DNA of 64,000 bases from Octopus bimaculoides. Taxonomy: Eukaryota. Below the pieces are notes generated by a model. It was not told where the DNA came from and ran no database searches. It saw only the letters and a program-made list of their open reading frames with translations. The stretch lies in NCBI RefSeq assembly GCF_001194135.2, contig NC_068982.1, positions 4,451,609 through 4,515,608 of the forward strand. Direction: 5' to 3'. Made by a program: the position numbers and the translations under genes. Of this stretch, positions 1 to 12,977 are shown piece after piece (within the stretch, counting starts at the first letter, position 1; the number at the start of each line of letters is the position of its first letter).

Positions 1-358
1 CTTTCTGTTGAGTCTCGTTCGCATTTGTTTAGTTTCGTGACACAATTCGGAAGTTGTATAAAGGTCAGAAGCACTGATTGTGCTTGTTTTGAGANNNNNN
101 NNNNNNNNNNNNNNNNNNNNNNNNNNNNNNNNNNNNNNNNNNNNNNNNNNNNNNNNNNNNNNNNNNNNNNNNNNNNNNNNNNNNNNNNNNNNNNNNNNNN
201 NNNNNNNNNNNNNNNNNNNNNNNNNNNNNNNNNNNNNNNNNNNNNNNNNNNNNNNNNNNNNNNNNNNNNNNNNNNNNNNNNNNNNNNNNNNNNNNNNNNN
301 NNNNNNNTGGGGGTGTTAATGGTGATGATAATGTTGATGATGATGATGATGATAATGA

Positions 359-398
<40 letters not shown>

Positions 399-445
399 TT
401 TTAAGATAAACGTGGATGGTATGTTGGGGATAATAGTGCTTTGAT

Positions 446-532
446 AGGCGCAGGCGTGGCTGTGTTGTAAGAAGCTTGCTTCCCAACCACATGGTTTCGG
501 GTTGAGATCCACTGCCCGGTACCTTGGGCCAA
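446..532 (+). mobile_element. SINE family A (tRNA head + CORE-like CCTTGGGCAAG), 3'-truncated
   Basis: Matches the head of the 53084 copy. Confidence 0.8.
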
Positions 533-1096
533 GAAATCGAGGGAACGAGCAGTAAAATTTTAAGACCCCGTACCATAGACGAAAAGAACTTTCTCGAATG
601 GAGGCAGAGGAAGCGGAAAACTAGAGGAACATAATCAATAACCATGTACAAAATACAATATTTATTTATTTATTTATTTATGTGTTTCAGCCAAGTGGCT
701 GCGGTCATGCTGGTGTACATTCTTCCACGTTAGTAAAATCAATATAAAAATTCCAAATAATATAAGTATAAAAATAAGTATAAGAGCATACATAAACATA
801 TAAACACGTAAATGTATAAAAATATATAAATATATAAATACATATATCTATACAGAAATCAAAATACAGATATAAAATACACGTAAATGGATAAACATCG
901 ATATGACATAACATGCAGTGAATTTAAAATTCCCAAGATACAACATAAAGGAGTAAACATTTACAAGTTACAATACTATGGTGTAATGAAAAGTTTGATA
1001 TGATAAAACATTAAAAAGAAGTATTAAAATACCAGGATAATATTCAAAAGATACAAAAGTACCATCTACGGGCCGTTTCGGAGACGTGCCAAGTAA

Positions 1097-1305
1097 TACT
1101 CTTTACTCTTTACTTGTTTCAGTCATTTGACTGCGGCCATGCTGGAGCACCGCCGTTGTAGTCGAGAAATTCGACCCCAGGACTTATTCTTTGTAAGCCT
1201 AGTACTTATTCTATCGGCCTCTTTTTGCCGAACCGCTAAGTTACAGGGACGTAAACACACCAGCATCGGTTGTCAAGCGATGTTGGAGGGACAAATACAT
1301 ACACA

Positions 1306-1375
<70 letters not shown>

Positions 1376-1507
1376 CATACATATATACGACGGGCTCCTT
1401 TCAGTTTTCGTCTACCAAATCCGCTCACAAGGCTTTGGTCGGCCCGAGGCTATAGTAGAGGACACTTGCCCAAGGTGCCACGCATTGGGACTGAACCCGG
1501 AACCATG
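1097..1507 (-). mobile_element. SINE family A, near full length
   Basis: Collinear with the 53084 copy; internal (CA)n/(TA)n and (TAAAGAG)n-like tail. Confidence 0.9.
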
Positions 1508-1760
1508 ATATGGTATATATTTCATATTTTTAAAAACAGACACTCCTCTCATCAAGATGTTTACATGATGCGAAAACTATCTTGCTCGTTTTAATAACAT
1601 AACCTAATCCTTTCCATTCGTTTTCCCTCCCTTACAAGCATTCGATCCAAGCCTTTGATGTGAGGATACTTTTTGCCTTTTTTTCCGTCATTCTCGGAAT
1701 GTTTTCGATCTCTACCTGTATCTTCTTTGATCATTCTTATGTCATTTATTATGAGGTTCG

Positions 1761-1990
1761 TAAGGCGGCGAGCTGGCAGAATCGTTAGCACGCCGGGCGA
1801 AGCGCTTTTTGGTATTTCGTCTGTTTTTACGAGTTCAAATTCCGCCGAGGTCGACTTTGCTTTTCATCCTTTCAGGGTCGATTAAATAAGTGCCAGTTAC
1901 GTACTGGGTCGATGTAAGCGATCTAATCTCTTTGTCTGACCTTGTTTGTCCCCTCTATGTTTAGTCCTCTGTGGGGCAATAAAGAAATAC
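1761..1990 (+). mobile_element. SINE family B (MetaSINE-like), tail type iii ending AATAAAGAAATA
   Basis: GGCGGCGAGCTGGCAGAA head; GTCGACTTTGCTTTTCATCCTTTC.GGGTCGAT Meta-like domain. Confidence 0.85.
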
Positions 1991-2034
1991 TTTATCACGT
2001 GGTTTATTTATTACTGTTATTCCGTTGAATTTAA

Positions 2035-2705
2035 ATAATTTCCCTATTTCTTGTAGTTGGAATTGATACATCAGTATGAATGCATTACTTTTTCAGTTGA
2101 TCTTTGACAATATCTGGTATCTCACTTAATTCTGGCCATGTAGCAGCATTTCATATCAATATCTTAGCATATTTCTTTTCGAAGCATTTTTAGTTTGATC
2201 TTCTAATGCTTGATCTCTTGTCATTTTTGCTCCCTGCTCATTGCTGTCTGACTCATACTTTATATTTGTGAGATTTTCTGAACGCAGTAAACTTTTTGTT
2301 TTGTGTTCATACATTGCAGTTATTTATGTTTTATTTTATTCTCCATTTAATTATTCATATTTACAGTATATTTTTGTCATTTTAAAGTAAATATTTCAAA
2401 ATAGTGTTCTTGTAGCAGAAGACTACTTACTCGTTATGTTCGACTTAAATACTAATATAATCTTTCTTTCTATGTCGATTCCGAGTAGTGTAATATAAAT
2501 ACAGCCATTAATTTTCTTGTTTTCTTATCTACTCTTGCTAATTGACTTCGTTTAAATGTCTAGTTCATTAATTCCTAAGTATTTGTATGCCTATGTTTAG
2601 TCTAATTCTCTCTTGTTTCTATATATTGCATGATATTAATGATTTTTATTAATTCTGTTCTCAGTTTTGCTTTGACACAATGTTTCAAAAACGTAAATAT
2701 TCAAT
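2035..2705 (-). mobile_element. Degenerate Dong/R4 non-LTR fragment (RT end to RLE, with deletions)
   Basis: AYKYLGINE, ARVDKKTRKLM, EMLLHGQ and PDIVKDQLKK*CIHTDVSIP motifs. Confidence 0.65.
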
Positions 2706-4242
2706 CATCGTGTTGGGTAATCGTTTGGAGAGCAGTTTATAAATGAACGACAGACAAGTGATAGGCAGTAATTAGAGGGGCCGACTATTTGTCTATTGTC
2801 AACAAGTAAGACGCTATCGAGGTATTTGGTCTGATTATACAACAGAATGTTGAAGGCTGACGCTGTTTGACTGCAGCTTGTGAGATGAATACAACTAAAA
2901 TCTTCGAATGCTGTCAATGCCAGGAAGTTTCCAGTTTCCGAAGCTGATAAGAAGAACAGGTTTTAACTAAAAAAATAGAAAGAAAAAAATTCTAATGCCG
3001 CGAGAAAAATGGCGTTTCAATTTATATAGTTTTCACACACGCAGACGACTAATCAGCGAATATGTTGGTTGCACTCTTATCGTATAGTTTATTACTAGCT
3101 TAAAGTAGCCGCCTGGATGGTAGCGGGAGGAGATGCTGGTCACGATGGTAGTAACAAAATTAATATTGAAAAATATATATACACTCCCCAGTTTTAGCAA
3201 ATCCAAAGACAAGCTTAAAACATTAAAGTAACACAGTTTGAAAAAATTGCATTTGCAGATAAAATTTGAAATAGAAGAATAAAAAAAACTGGTATAAATA
3301 TCACTTCAAATGACAAAAATACAAAAGAATACCGAAAACATCACAAATAACAGCTAAAAATAGAGTGTAGTTCATTCCCACGGATTTCATCCAAGAAAAT
3401 GCAAGAAGGAATGTAACAAAAATCTAAGAGCGTTTCGAGTGCCTCTGAAAGTGGAAGTGGTGAGAGCTCTCATTGATATGTGACAGGGTTTATTCTCTCT
3501 CGACCTGTATCAGGCATATGAAAGTGTTTGTTTGTTATTTAAATATAGAAGATGAAGAGAATGCGGTCAGAAGCATTAATACCTAACATGTCCGTTGGTT
3601 TGTTTTAAAGCTTAGCAGTACGTTACACAAAGGGAGTGTACCGTACTACTAACTTGTCTGTTGGGAGATGCACTGACGTCCAAGTCTTGATTAAGACTAC
3701 AAGGTTATATCGGAAAAGAAAGGAAAGTGGATGAACCAGGCGGTGAGGAGTTGAAGACCCAAGAGCATCTGCAAGAGTAAGAAACATGAGAGTACGCCTT
3801 ATAAAAGATGAAATGAAAGGAAGCGAGGGTGGCATGCAGCATAGGAAAGGGTATCAGTAAATGTACCTATGACAACGAAAATGTATTTGATGTTACTACC
3901 GTCAGTTTCATAGCATTATCCCATTAGCCAATGGGATACAGTAACAAACTATTTTTTCCACAACCGAACTTCCACTAAGTGTGATCGAACTATGGTACCG
4001 AAAAATATTTCGTGTTGCGTACCTAATGATTTTTTCCTTTTTAATAAAAAAGGCTTCTATAATTTCTAAGGGTTGCTCTTGAATTACTATTATGGCAACA
4101 TTGTGAGATTTTGCTTCGATATGTAAATCTGTTTGATTAATTCACATTGCCGAATCGATTTTTATTTATTTGTCGATTTTAAAATATTAGCGATCGCATT
4201 TCCACAAAACCTGGTATAATGATAGATGTGGTTGGTTGATTG

Positions 4243-4620
4243 GCACTCCGTCGGTTACGACGACGAGGGTTCCAGTTGATCCGATCAACGGAACAGCTTG
4301 CTCGTGAAATTAACGTGCAAGTGGCTGAGCACTCCACAGACACGTGTACCCTTAACGTACTTCTCTGGGAGATTCAGCATGACACAGTGTGTGACAAGGC
4401 TGGTCCTTTGAAATAGAGGTACACAGAAACAAGAAAAAAACGTGAGAGAAAGTTATGGTGAAAGAGTACAGCAGGGTTCGCCACCATCTCCTGCCGGAGC
4501 CTCGTGGAACTTTAGGTGTTTTCGCTAAATAAACACTCACAACGCCCGGTCTGGGAATCGAAACCACGATCCTTCGACCGCGAGTCCGCTGCCCTAACCA
4601 TTGGGTCATTGCGCCTCCAC
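4243..4620 (-). mobile_element. SINE with family C tail but a different head/body (variant D)
   Basis: Shares the ...CCCTCGTCGTCGTAACCGACGGAG tail; head GTGGAGGCGCAATGACCCAATGGTTAGGG. Confidence 0.85.
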
Positions 4621-4721
4621 AATGATAGATGTAGAGCGTTTAGAAGATATTAATATCCTTAGTATACAACAAATGTTACAAACTCTCCTGGTCACCAGTT
4701 ATACTTATTTCTCAATGTATT

Positions 4722-4779
4722 TATTTCTTTATTGACCACAGGGGCTAAACATAGAGGGGACAAACAAGGACAGACAACG
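4722..4779 (-). mobile_element. Tail-only (type iii) retroposed fragment with 17-bp TSD
   Basis: TTATTTCTCA(A/G)TGTATT at 4705-4721 and 4780-4796. Confidence 0.8.
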
Positions 4780-4796
4780 TTATTTCTCAGTGTATT

Positions 4797-5328
4797 GTGA
4801 CCATAGTCCAGTTGTCCGCGTGAATCAATTCGTCCAGTCTCTGGTGATTGGTGTCAGTGGTTCAGTCGATGGTTTCCCACTGTGGTGGTTGTCTTAAATG
4901 CCGGTTTGCCGTTCGTTAAACTCCTTCATCCATCTGTTGTCATTGTTCTTGTCGATAGCACCACCTCCGTTAAAAACCTTCTCTGGATGTAGGGCAACCT
5001 ATGTTCGTTCTTTATTCGTCAAGGAATCAATGACGGAACCTTGCTATTTGCTTCGAATCCATTATTTGTCATGTAATGAAGTACAGGTGGACGAGTTACT
5101 CAACCAACATGACCAAGTTGAACAACCTATGTCAGTTAATAAAATGGTACGCCATGTTTGCATTACATTCAGCACAACGACCTCTCCCGAAATTGCTGGC
5201 CTCGTTCTAAAATTTGAAACCATTATTATTCCATTTGCACACAACAAATTTTGACTGTCGGAAAAAATTCATAACATCGGGTTACAACAAGTAAACTTAA
5301 ATAGAAAGAACCTTCCTAAATACCCCAG
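4797..5328 (-). mobile_element. Degenerate mariner transposase N-terminus (HTH region)
   Basis: QGSVIDSLT, KVFNGGGAIDKNNDNRWMKEF, DNHHSGKPST and LDELIHADN resemble the mariner HTH-RSGRP region. Confidence 0.55.
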
Positions 5329-5352
5329 CTTCTTCTTCTTCTTCTTCTTCTT

Positions 5353-5383
<31 letters not shown>

Positions 5384-5541
5384 TTCTTCTTCTTCTTCTT
5401 CTTCTTCTTCTTCTTCTTCTTCTTCTTCTTCTTCTTCTTCTTCTTCTTCTTCTTCTTCTTCTTCTTCTTCTTCTCCCGCAAATTTTCTGTCTTTGTGCCT
5501 TTATTAGAAAGAATCATCATCATCATCATCATCATCATTAC

Positions 5542-5599
<58 letters not shown>

Positions 5600-5625
5600 T
5601 TAATAAATATTATTATTATTATACT
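5329..5625. repeat. Compound microsatellite (CTT)n, (CAT)n, (AAT)n
   Basis: Direct reading. Confidence 0.95.
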
Positions 5626-6302
5626 TTCACTGTATTATTAGATTATATTATTATATTTTCAGTATTGCACTTCCAGACGCCTTATTTTGTTTTAGCCTTG
5701 TTTTCAAGTATCCTTTGTAATATATGTGCAAATTCTATGCTATTCATATTCGTAAGTCACGGGGCATGAGTTTTGAATTCGTTTGTACGTTTTTTTAATC
5801 ATTCCTAAGTCACGTCTTATCACAGAGATTCTTTTATCTCTCAAAATTCAATTTATTTTATCTACAAATATTAAAAATTTGGATAATGTGTTTATTTCTT
5901 TTAGAGATACAGTAAATTGTTCTGCAAAGATTTTTCATTTTTGAAGGCGGATGAAATTTTAGACAACTTTTGTGACACTAATTCCAAATACCACGATAGC
6001 TTTTGCCTATGTTTTAATAACTTTAACTGCTATAGACCATTAGTGACAAAATTAAAATAACCTGTTCTGCCATTAGAGGAAAATTACCGATTGCATTAAT
6101 TATACGTTTCAAACTAATCTGTCTTTGAAGCTGAATTAATATCTACAATGCTTTTAAAGGTGAAAGTTATAGTCTTATGGTGTGTATAATTCACAACCAT
6201 CGAGTCACCATTTCATTATGAATGAATTAGAATGTAAAGTAATAGGCTAATAATAGAAACAGATACCTGCAGCACCACAAACCGTTTAATACAAAGGCCT
6301 GG

Positions 6303-6660
6303 ATCTCCGTCAGTTACGACGACATGTGTTTCAGTTGACTCGATCAAGGAAACAGCCTGCTCGTGAAATTAACATGTAAGTGACTGAGTTCTCCACAGAC
6401 ATGCGTACCTGTAAGTGACTGAGTTCTCCACAGACATGCGTACCTGTAACGGAGTTCTTAGTGAGAGACAGCTCAACACAGAGTGTGATAAGGTTGGCCC
6501 TTTGAATTACAAGTACAGCTAATTTTTGCCAGCTGAGTGGACCGGAGCAATGTGAAATAAAGTGTCTTGCTCAAGGACACAACATACCACCAGCAATCAA
6601 ATTCACGACCCAACGATCGAGAGCCGAATAACCTGATCACTAAGCCACGTGCATTCACAG
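6303..6660 (-). mobile_element. SINE family C with a perfect internal 35-bp tandem duplication (6375-6444)
   Basis: tRNA head, TGTCCTTGAGCAAGACACTTT CORE-like segment and family C tail. Confidence 0.88.
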
Positions 6661-7221
6661 TTTTGGTAATTTCATACCATTGAGTGCAAGAGAAGGATTT
6701 TCAGATTAACCCCTTAAAACAGAGAAAGTATGTGATATAGGTTCTTGAGATAAAGTATCAAGTGCTAATTATTATAAGCTGCAAAATGTTGCAACGCAAA
6801 TAAACTACTTGTTATGAAGAATAAGCCCAGAAAAAATGTTCGCCTTGTATCTATATGCAACTTGATACATCTAAAAAATAATGAAACGATGAGAAAGTGC
6901 CAACATCTTCGAAACTAGTTGGTTGATAAATAAAGAAATGGTTTCCTTCTTGATTTGCAGCTGAGTGATTAGAGATCATTGGGTGAGAAACGAATCTCTT
7001 GGAATAAGATATCTTCTAGTTAGAAATTATAACTTATGAACATCCAGCGAGTACAATAAAAAATGTACAATGAGCGATCGAATACATGGCAGACAATTGT
7101 TGGTATTTGATAAGAGCACAACGTATAAGCCAACATATTTGATAATAGAAAATAAAGCGGTTTCATCAAATGGAATTCTTGTAGACTAAGCCTTATTGTC
7201 TTTATTATTATTCTACATATT

Positions 7222-7632
7222 TAAGGTGGAGAGCTGGTAGAATCGTTAGAACGCTCGGCAAGATACTTGGATGAATTTCGTCCGTGTTTACGTTCTGAGT
7301 TCAAATTCCGCCGAAGTCGACTTTAACTTTCATCCTTTCGGGGTCGATAAATTAAGTAACAGTTGAGTACTCGGGTCGATGTAATCGACTTACTTCCAGC
7401 CCCCAAATTTCTGGCCCTGTGTCTTTAGTAGAAAGGATTATTATTCTACATATTAACGCGGTGAGGTGGCGGAATCGTTAGCACGCCGGACAAAATACTT
7501 CGTGGAATTTCGTCCGTCTTTACGTTCTGAGTTCAAACTCCGTCCACTTCGCCTTTCATCCTTTCGGGGTCGATAAAAGAAGTACCAGTTGAACACTGGA
7601 GTCGATATAATTTCCCCAGAAATTGCTGGCTT
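7222..7632 (+). mobile_element. Two tandem SINE B copies (7222-7436 tail i; 7455-7632 tail ii)
   Basis: Perfect 18-bp TSD ATTATTATTCTACATATT at 7204-7221 and 7437-7454. Confidence 0.9.
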
Positions 7633-7692
7633 ATTATTATTATTATTTGATTATTACTATTAGAATATTTGATAGTTTCAGGCAAATTTCTA

Positions 7693-7748
7693 CTGCATCC
7701 CCTGCTGCATCCCCTGCTGCATCCCCTGCTGCATCCCCTGCTGCAGCC
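7693..7748. repeat. 12-bp minisatellite (CTGCATCCCCTG)x4 plus a partial unit
   Basis: Perfect units at 7693, 7705, 7717 and 7729. Confidence 0.95.
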
Positions 7749-7978
7749 TCGTGTTGCTGAGGTGTGTGCAGCGTTGCGTACTCTTTTATATTGTTGCTGG
7801 TGTGCAATGTTCCCAATGTTGTACTGCATCAGTTTGTCTTGTCATGGCGTTTGACTGCTGCCTTTCGTTGTATTAGTGTTTGTATTGTGTTTTGTGAGTG
7901 TAATACGAATTTTGTTATGTTACTTCGTATAAAGATCTATCTATCTTTCCGTTTTCCTTCTTGATTATTCGTGGGGCA

Positions 7979-8112
7979 ATCCACTCACAAGGCTTTGGTC
8001 GGCCCGAGGCTATAGTAGAAGACACTTGTCCAAGGTGCCACGCAGTGGGACTGAACCCGGAACCGTGTGGTTGGTAAGCAAGCTACTTACCACACAGCCA
8101 CTCTTATGCCTA
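7979..8112 (-). mobile_element. SINE family A, 5' part
   Basis: Head plus CORE-like segment. Confidence 0.9.
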
Positions 8113-9100
8113 AAGAATCTTTAATATAGTTTCAGATGCCACATTTCTGTATTTGTGAGCAACGGTCAGGTCTTTCTGTTATATTCTCTGTCGAATCTAT
8201 TCCCTTTCATGTATTTCTATTTCACGGAGTTCAAAGTATTGCTGAATTCTTTGCTATTCATGGGGTAACAATAAGCTATTACATTTAACTGTTTTTGATA
8301 CGTTGTGTGTTTTAATTTTGGTTTTATGCCTTTCTTCGTTTCGATATATTAAACCTTTCGTTGATCTTGATGTATCATCCATTGTAAAGGGTTTTGTTAA
8401 TGACCCTGTAAATCATTTTGAAATTCGATTCAAACATTTTTTTGCTTTGAAGAATTTTTCCCGCACTTCGAAGCGTCTTATCCTGCATCTTTTGCTCATA
8501 CGATTTACTTGAACCATTTTTTAAATATATTTTCTCTGATATCAAATTATTTCCCGACATCTTATTGATATCATTATGTGAGTTGACTTTCATATTCGCT
8601 CTCATCTCCATAAGCCTATCGGTTTATTTTTCAACTTCATGAAATATATTTATTATTTTTTAAAACTAAGTTGGATATGACAAGTGGAAAACCAGTTTCT
8701 CTCGATCGTATTATGGAAACTGAATAGATTAGACCATTTAGGGAGTTTATTTATGTAGACAGAATTATCGTTACACCCTGGTAAGCTTGTTTGTCGTTTC
8801 GTAAAGCTTTGTTCGTGTGCAGACTAATCAACGGTCTGCGTTCATGTACCAATACCGAATTGTTATACTCCTTATTTCCATTTTTACTTTTGCTTATTCT
8901 ATAAAATTATCAAATTTTTAGTATTATATTTACATTATTTTATACTAGACAATTTCGTAAAATAAGTGGATATAAGTTTCCGCTCTCAGAAAGTTCCTAC
9001 TTTCCTACATTTGTAGTAAACCTGATGATTTTATTTCCTTTGATTTTAAAGTCTTTGGCAAGTTGAATTCTAAGTACTAATATTAATTATTTACTAAGCA

Positions 9101-9317
9101 TAAGGTGGCGAGATGGCAGAAACGTTAGCACGCCGGCTGAAATGCTTAGCGGTATTTCGTTTGTCTTTACATTCTGAGTTCAAATTCCGCCGAGGTCGAC
9201 TTGGCCTTTCATTCTTTCGGGGTCGATAAATTAAGTACCAGTTGCGTACTAGGGTCGATCTAATCGAATGACTCCCTTCCCCAAAATTTCGGGCCTTGTG
9301 CCTAGAGTAGAAAAGAA
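9101..9317 (+). mobile_element. SINE family B, tail i
   Basis: Near-consensus copy with an imperfect TATTT(A)CTAAG(C/T)AT TSD. Confidence 0.92.
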
Positions 9318-9888
9318 TATTTCTAAGTATTAATGTTTTGTGTTTTTAATTAATCTTGCTAATTCTTTAAGCCAACGTTTCAGAATATCCTAACATATTG
9401 ACACAGCTAGAGGCCCGATGCCTATTAACGTATGTTTATTTGCGAGAGTTCTGTTTCACTTATTAATCTAAAACATTGATATTTTCTCAGAAGCTTTTCT
9501 TTAATTTCTGAACGTCGTAAATTTTCTAGTTCATTAATTCTTAAGCCTGTGCTAGATTTAATTTTGGAAAGTTTATTTATCTAACCGTTTTATTTGTTCT
9601 TATTTCTCATACATCAATGGTATCTTGCTGAATTTTTCCTAAACAGAATTTCATATCTGTTTCTCAAGTAAATAACTGAACTGGCTGTGAGATTGCTCCA
9701 TTTGTTTATTATCTACAGAAAAAGAAACTTGAATTCGTCCACATACAAAAGTTGGTTAATTGTTCTTTCATAAAAAAGGACAGTTGCTTAGTGCTAATTG
9801 TTCCATTCATGTCTTACGGTCGATACAGGTGACACACATGAATATATCTCCCTCCCTCCCTTTCTCTCTCTCTCTCTGTTTATACCTT

Positions 9889-9939
<51 letters not shown>

Positions 9940-10043
9940 ATGAGGCATCTCTGGGCCAGTATTCGCTTCCACTCTCTATATAACATCATGCTGAGAGTGG
10001 TAACTGAAAGGGTTGAAGACAGGAATCTTTTTTGGCCAAGCTC

Positions 10044-10090
<47 letters not shown>

Positions 10091-10097
10091 GCTATTA

Positions 10098-10492
10098 TTG
10101 TTTTCCCTTCCGTGAGCCATTCTGACATTGTCTCTGGCTCTGCTAGTATTTCATAGAATTTCTCAGCCAGCTTTTTATGTGGTCCTGTCAGGTATTTTAA
10201 CCAGAAGTTGGGGATCTTATCGTGCCCGGGTACCTTTCACTTTCAGTTACTTAGTTTTTTCAGTGCCTGGGTGACTTTTTCATTTGTTTTAGGGGTCCAG
10301 AGTTTTTCAGGTGCTGAGTTCGTTGTTTTGATAGACCTTTTCTGAGGTTGTTTCTTCGCCGACCATATTTCTTCCAAAATTCTTCTACTTCTGCTGTTGG
10401 TGCTGCATTGATCGCTATTTTATTTGTTTCCTAGTTCTTGTTCTTGGTAGAATCTTTTGGAGTTGGAGTTGAACTGTTTGTTTTGTTCAAAG
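10098..10492 (-). mobile_element. Dong/R4 fragment upstream of and into RT domain 0/1
   Basis: FNSNSKRFYQE, EVEEFWKKIWS, QALKKLSN*K..PGHDKIPNFWLKYL, EWLTEGKT. Confidence 0.8.
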
Positions 10493-10531
10493 AATCGTTA
10501 TGTTGATGATGATGATGATGATGATGATGAC

Positions 10532-10829
<298 letters not shown>

Positions 10830-11493
10830 NNNNNNNNNNNNNNNNNNNNNNNNNNNNNNNNNNNNNNNNNNNNNNNNNNNNNNNNNNNNNNNNNNNNNNN
10901 NNNNNNNNNNNNNNNNNNNNNNNNNNNNNNNNNNNNNNNNNNNNNNNNNNNNNNNNNNNNNNNNNNNNNNNNNNNNNNNNNNNNNNNNNNNNNNNNNNNN
11001 NNNNNNNNNNNNNNNNNNNNNNNNNNNNNNNNNNNNNNNNNNNNNNNNNNNNNNNNNNNNNNNNNNNNNNNNNNNNNNNNNNNNNNNNNNNNNNNNNNNN
11101 NNNNNNNNNNNNNNNNNNNNNNNNNNNNNNNNNNNNNNNNNNNNNNNNNNNNNNNNNNNNNNNNNNNNNNNNNNNNNNNNNNNNNNNNNNNNNNNNNNNN
11201 NNNNNNNNNNNNNNNNNNNNNNNNNNNNNNNNNNNNNNNNNNNNNNNNNNNNNNNNNNNNNNNNNNNNNNNNNNNNNNNNNNNNNNNNNNNNNNNNNNNN
11301 NNNNNNNNNNNNNNNNNNNNNNNNNNNNNNNNNNNNNNNNNNNNNNNNNNNNNNNNNNNNNNNNNNNNNNNNNNNNNNNNNNNNNNNNNNNNNNNNNNNN
11401 NNNNNNNNNNNNNNNNNNNNNNNNNNNNNNNNNNNNNNNNNNNNNNNNNNNNNNNNNNNNNNNNNNNNNNNNNNNNNNNNNNNNNNNNNNNNA

Positions 11494-11637
11494 CAAGTTA
11501 GAAGTTCATGTAGGTGTTATGCTAGGGTACCATATATTTGGATTTGTACAGTTTTGTTCTAGTGAATATTTAAGAAACCATAAGAAAATTATCTGTTTGC
11601 TTTAAAATTTGAGATCACATAGACAGTATTTTACGTA
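11494..11637 (-). mobile_element. Second copy of the same Dong/R4 3' end, inverted relative to 10633-10829
   Basis: Reverse complement is about 90% identical by eye to 10684-10829. Confidence 0.85.
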
Positions 11638-11796
11638 TTTCACTTTGCCTATCAGTTACCTAAAAGACCGCTTCCTTCAAATCTTCCACCGGTTCTGTTG
11701 CCTAATTCCATCGATGTTATTGGATTAGATATGTTTTTGTATAGGGAGCCCGGTGTAGCACATCCATGTTGTTATTCATATTATTATTATTATTTT

Positions 11797-11880
11797 ATGT
11801 TTGACTTTTGTTTTGCATTTGTACAAGTTGGATCAAAGTCTCACCCAGAGACCTCAAGAGACAACAAGTTAGAAGTTCAT
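11797..11880 (-). mobile_element. Extreme 3' tip of the same Dong/R4 family, embedded in (TAT)n
   Basis: Overlaps the ATGAACTTCTAACTTGT end of the two previous copies and ends in an (AAT)n tail. Confidence 0.75.
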
Positions 11881-11914
11881 TATTATTATTATTACTATTA
11901 CTATTATTATTATT

Positions 11915-12124
11915 ATTGTTATTTTCCGATCGGGCCTCAATATGGGCGGTTTATGTCATCACAATTTTTTGAGTTTCGTTCATTGTTGGTTTCCCAGGGA
12001 TGTGGTTAAAAAAATTTGTCACTACTTTTCTCGATCATACAAAATCAGGGATGGTTTTCGTTTTTAATTGCCACGTCCTTGATATCTCAATCTCAAGGTC
12101 CTTATATTTCGACAGTTTCTCATA

Positions 12125-12128
<4 letters not shown>
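11915..12128 (-). mobile_element. Dong/R4 RLE C-terminus (different subfamily)
   Basis: EKLSKYKDLEIEISRTWQLKTKTIP...HIPGKPTMNETQKIVMT*TAHIL. Confidence 0.8.
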
Positions 12129-12156
<28 letters not shown>

Positions 12157-12977
12157 CTTCTTCTTCTTCTTCTTCTTCTTCTTCTTCTTCTTCTTCTTCT
12201 TCTTCTTCTTCTTCTTCTTCTTCTTCTTCTTCTTCGCTCTCTGAAAATGAGATCGAAATCTGATACGCTTTGTGCAGTTGCCATTGGGCGCTGGTCGACC
12301 CTGTCAAAATTTTATCATAAAGTCATAAGAGCCTACCGAAGGCAAATCTATTCATGGTAATCTCTAGCATATATCGTATGAACCGGAAGTCGTATTAGTC
12401 CTACAGGAAATCACACAAGAGCACGTGGTACGGAAGACACCACCGATGGCAAGGCCATCTACTTCCTATAGGAGGACAATCAACCATCTTTTCCGTCTGT
12501 GAACGACCTGAAATCTACTCGCTGCAAATGATAAACAAAGGGAACACTGTAACATACAGCTTATGTATCTCCTACGAAGTTCTCTTTAGAAAAATACGCC
12601 ATAATAACGTTGAAGTAAGAAAACATCAATATCATGTCAGATAAATAAACAAATTTACAATAATTAACCAAGAACACAGACTTATAATGATCTAGAAAGA
12701 TTACAGAAATTAAAGAGAAGCCTGGAGAATAATATAATAGATGTTCTAGATTAATACTTAAACCAGAGCTCTGCTAGAACAAGTCAGGTAGTAGACATGA
12801 AAACTTCAGTTGTCTCAGTAATAGCTTACTATTATAATCTGGACTGGCGGCTAAATGAATTAACGAGATTAGGAAACAAACAAACCAAAAGACTAATATC
12901 TGCATTTTTAATTCTACAAGGCAAAGAATCTGATTTAGAATTATTGTATTTATCACAAATACAGGAGCATTTCAGTA

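Larger units (their letters stand above)
7745..9765 (-). mobile_element. Old Dong/R4 non-LTR remnant interrupted by a SINE A and a SINE B
   Basis: INQLLYVDEFK (YxDD relic), DMKFCLGK, SEIKEKLLRK, KELARLIKNTK and EMWHLK motifs occur in the expected order. Confidence 0.55.

Noticed and set aside
2705-2900. Possible Tc1-like DDE fragment (VIVWRAV...IIQQ)
   Set aside because: Too degenerate to support.
7693-7748. Short direct repeats as CRISPR or iteron array
   Set aside because: There are no spacers, the context is eukaryotic, and it is a simple minisatellite. No CRISPR array or prokaryotic operon-like segment was seen anywhere in the window.
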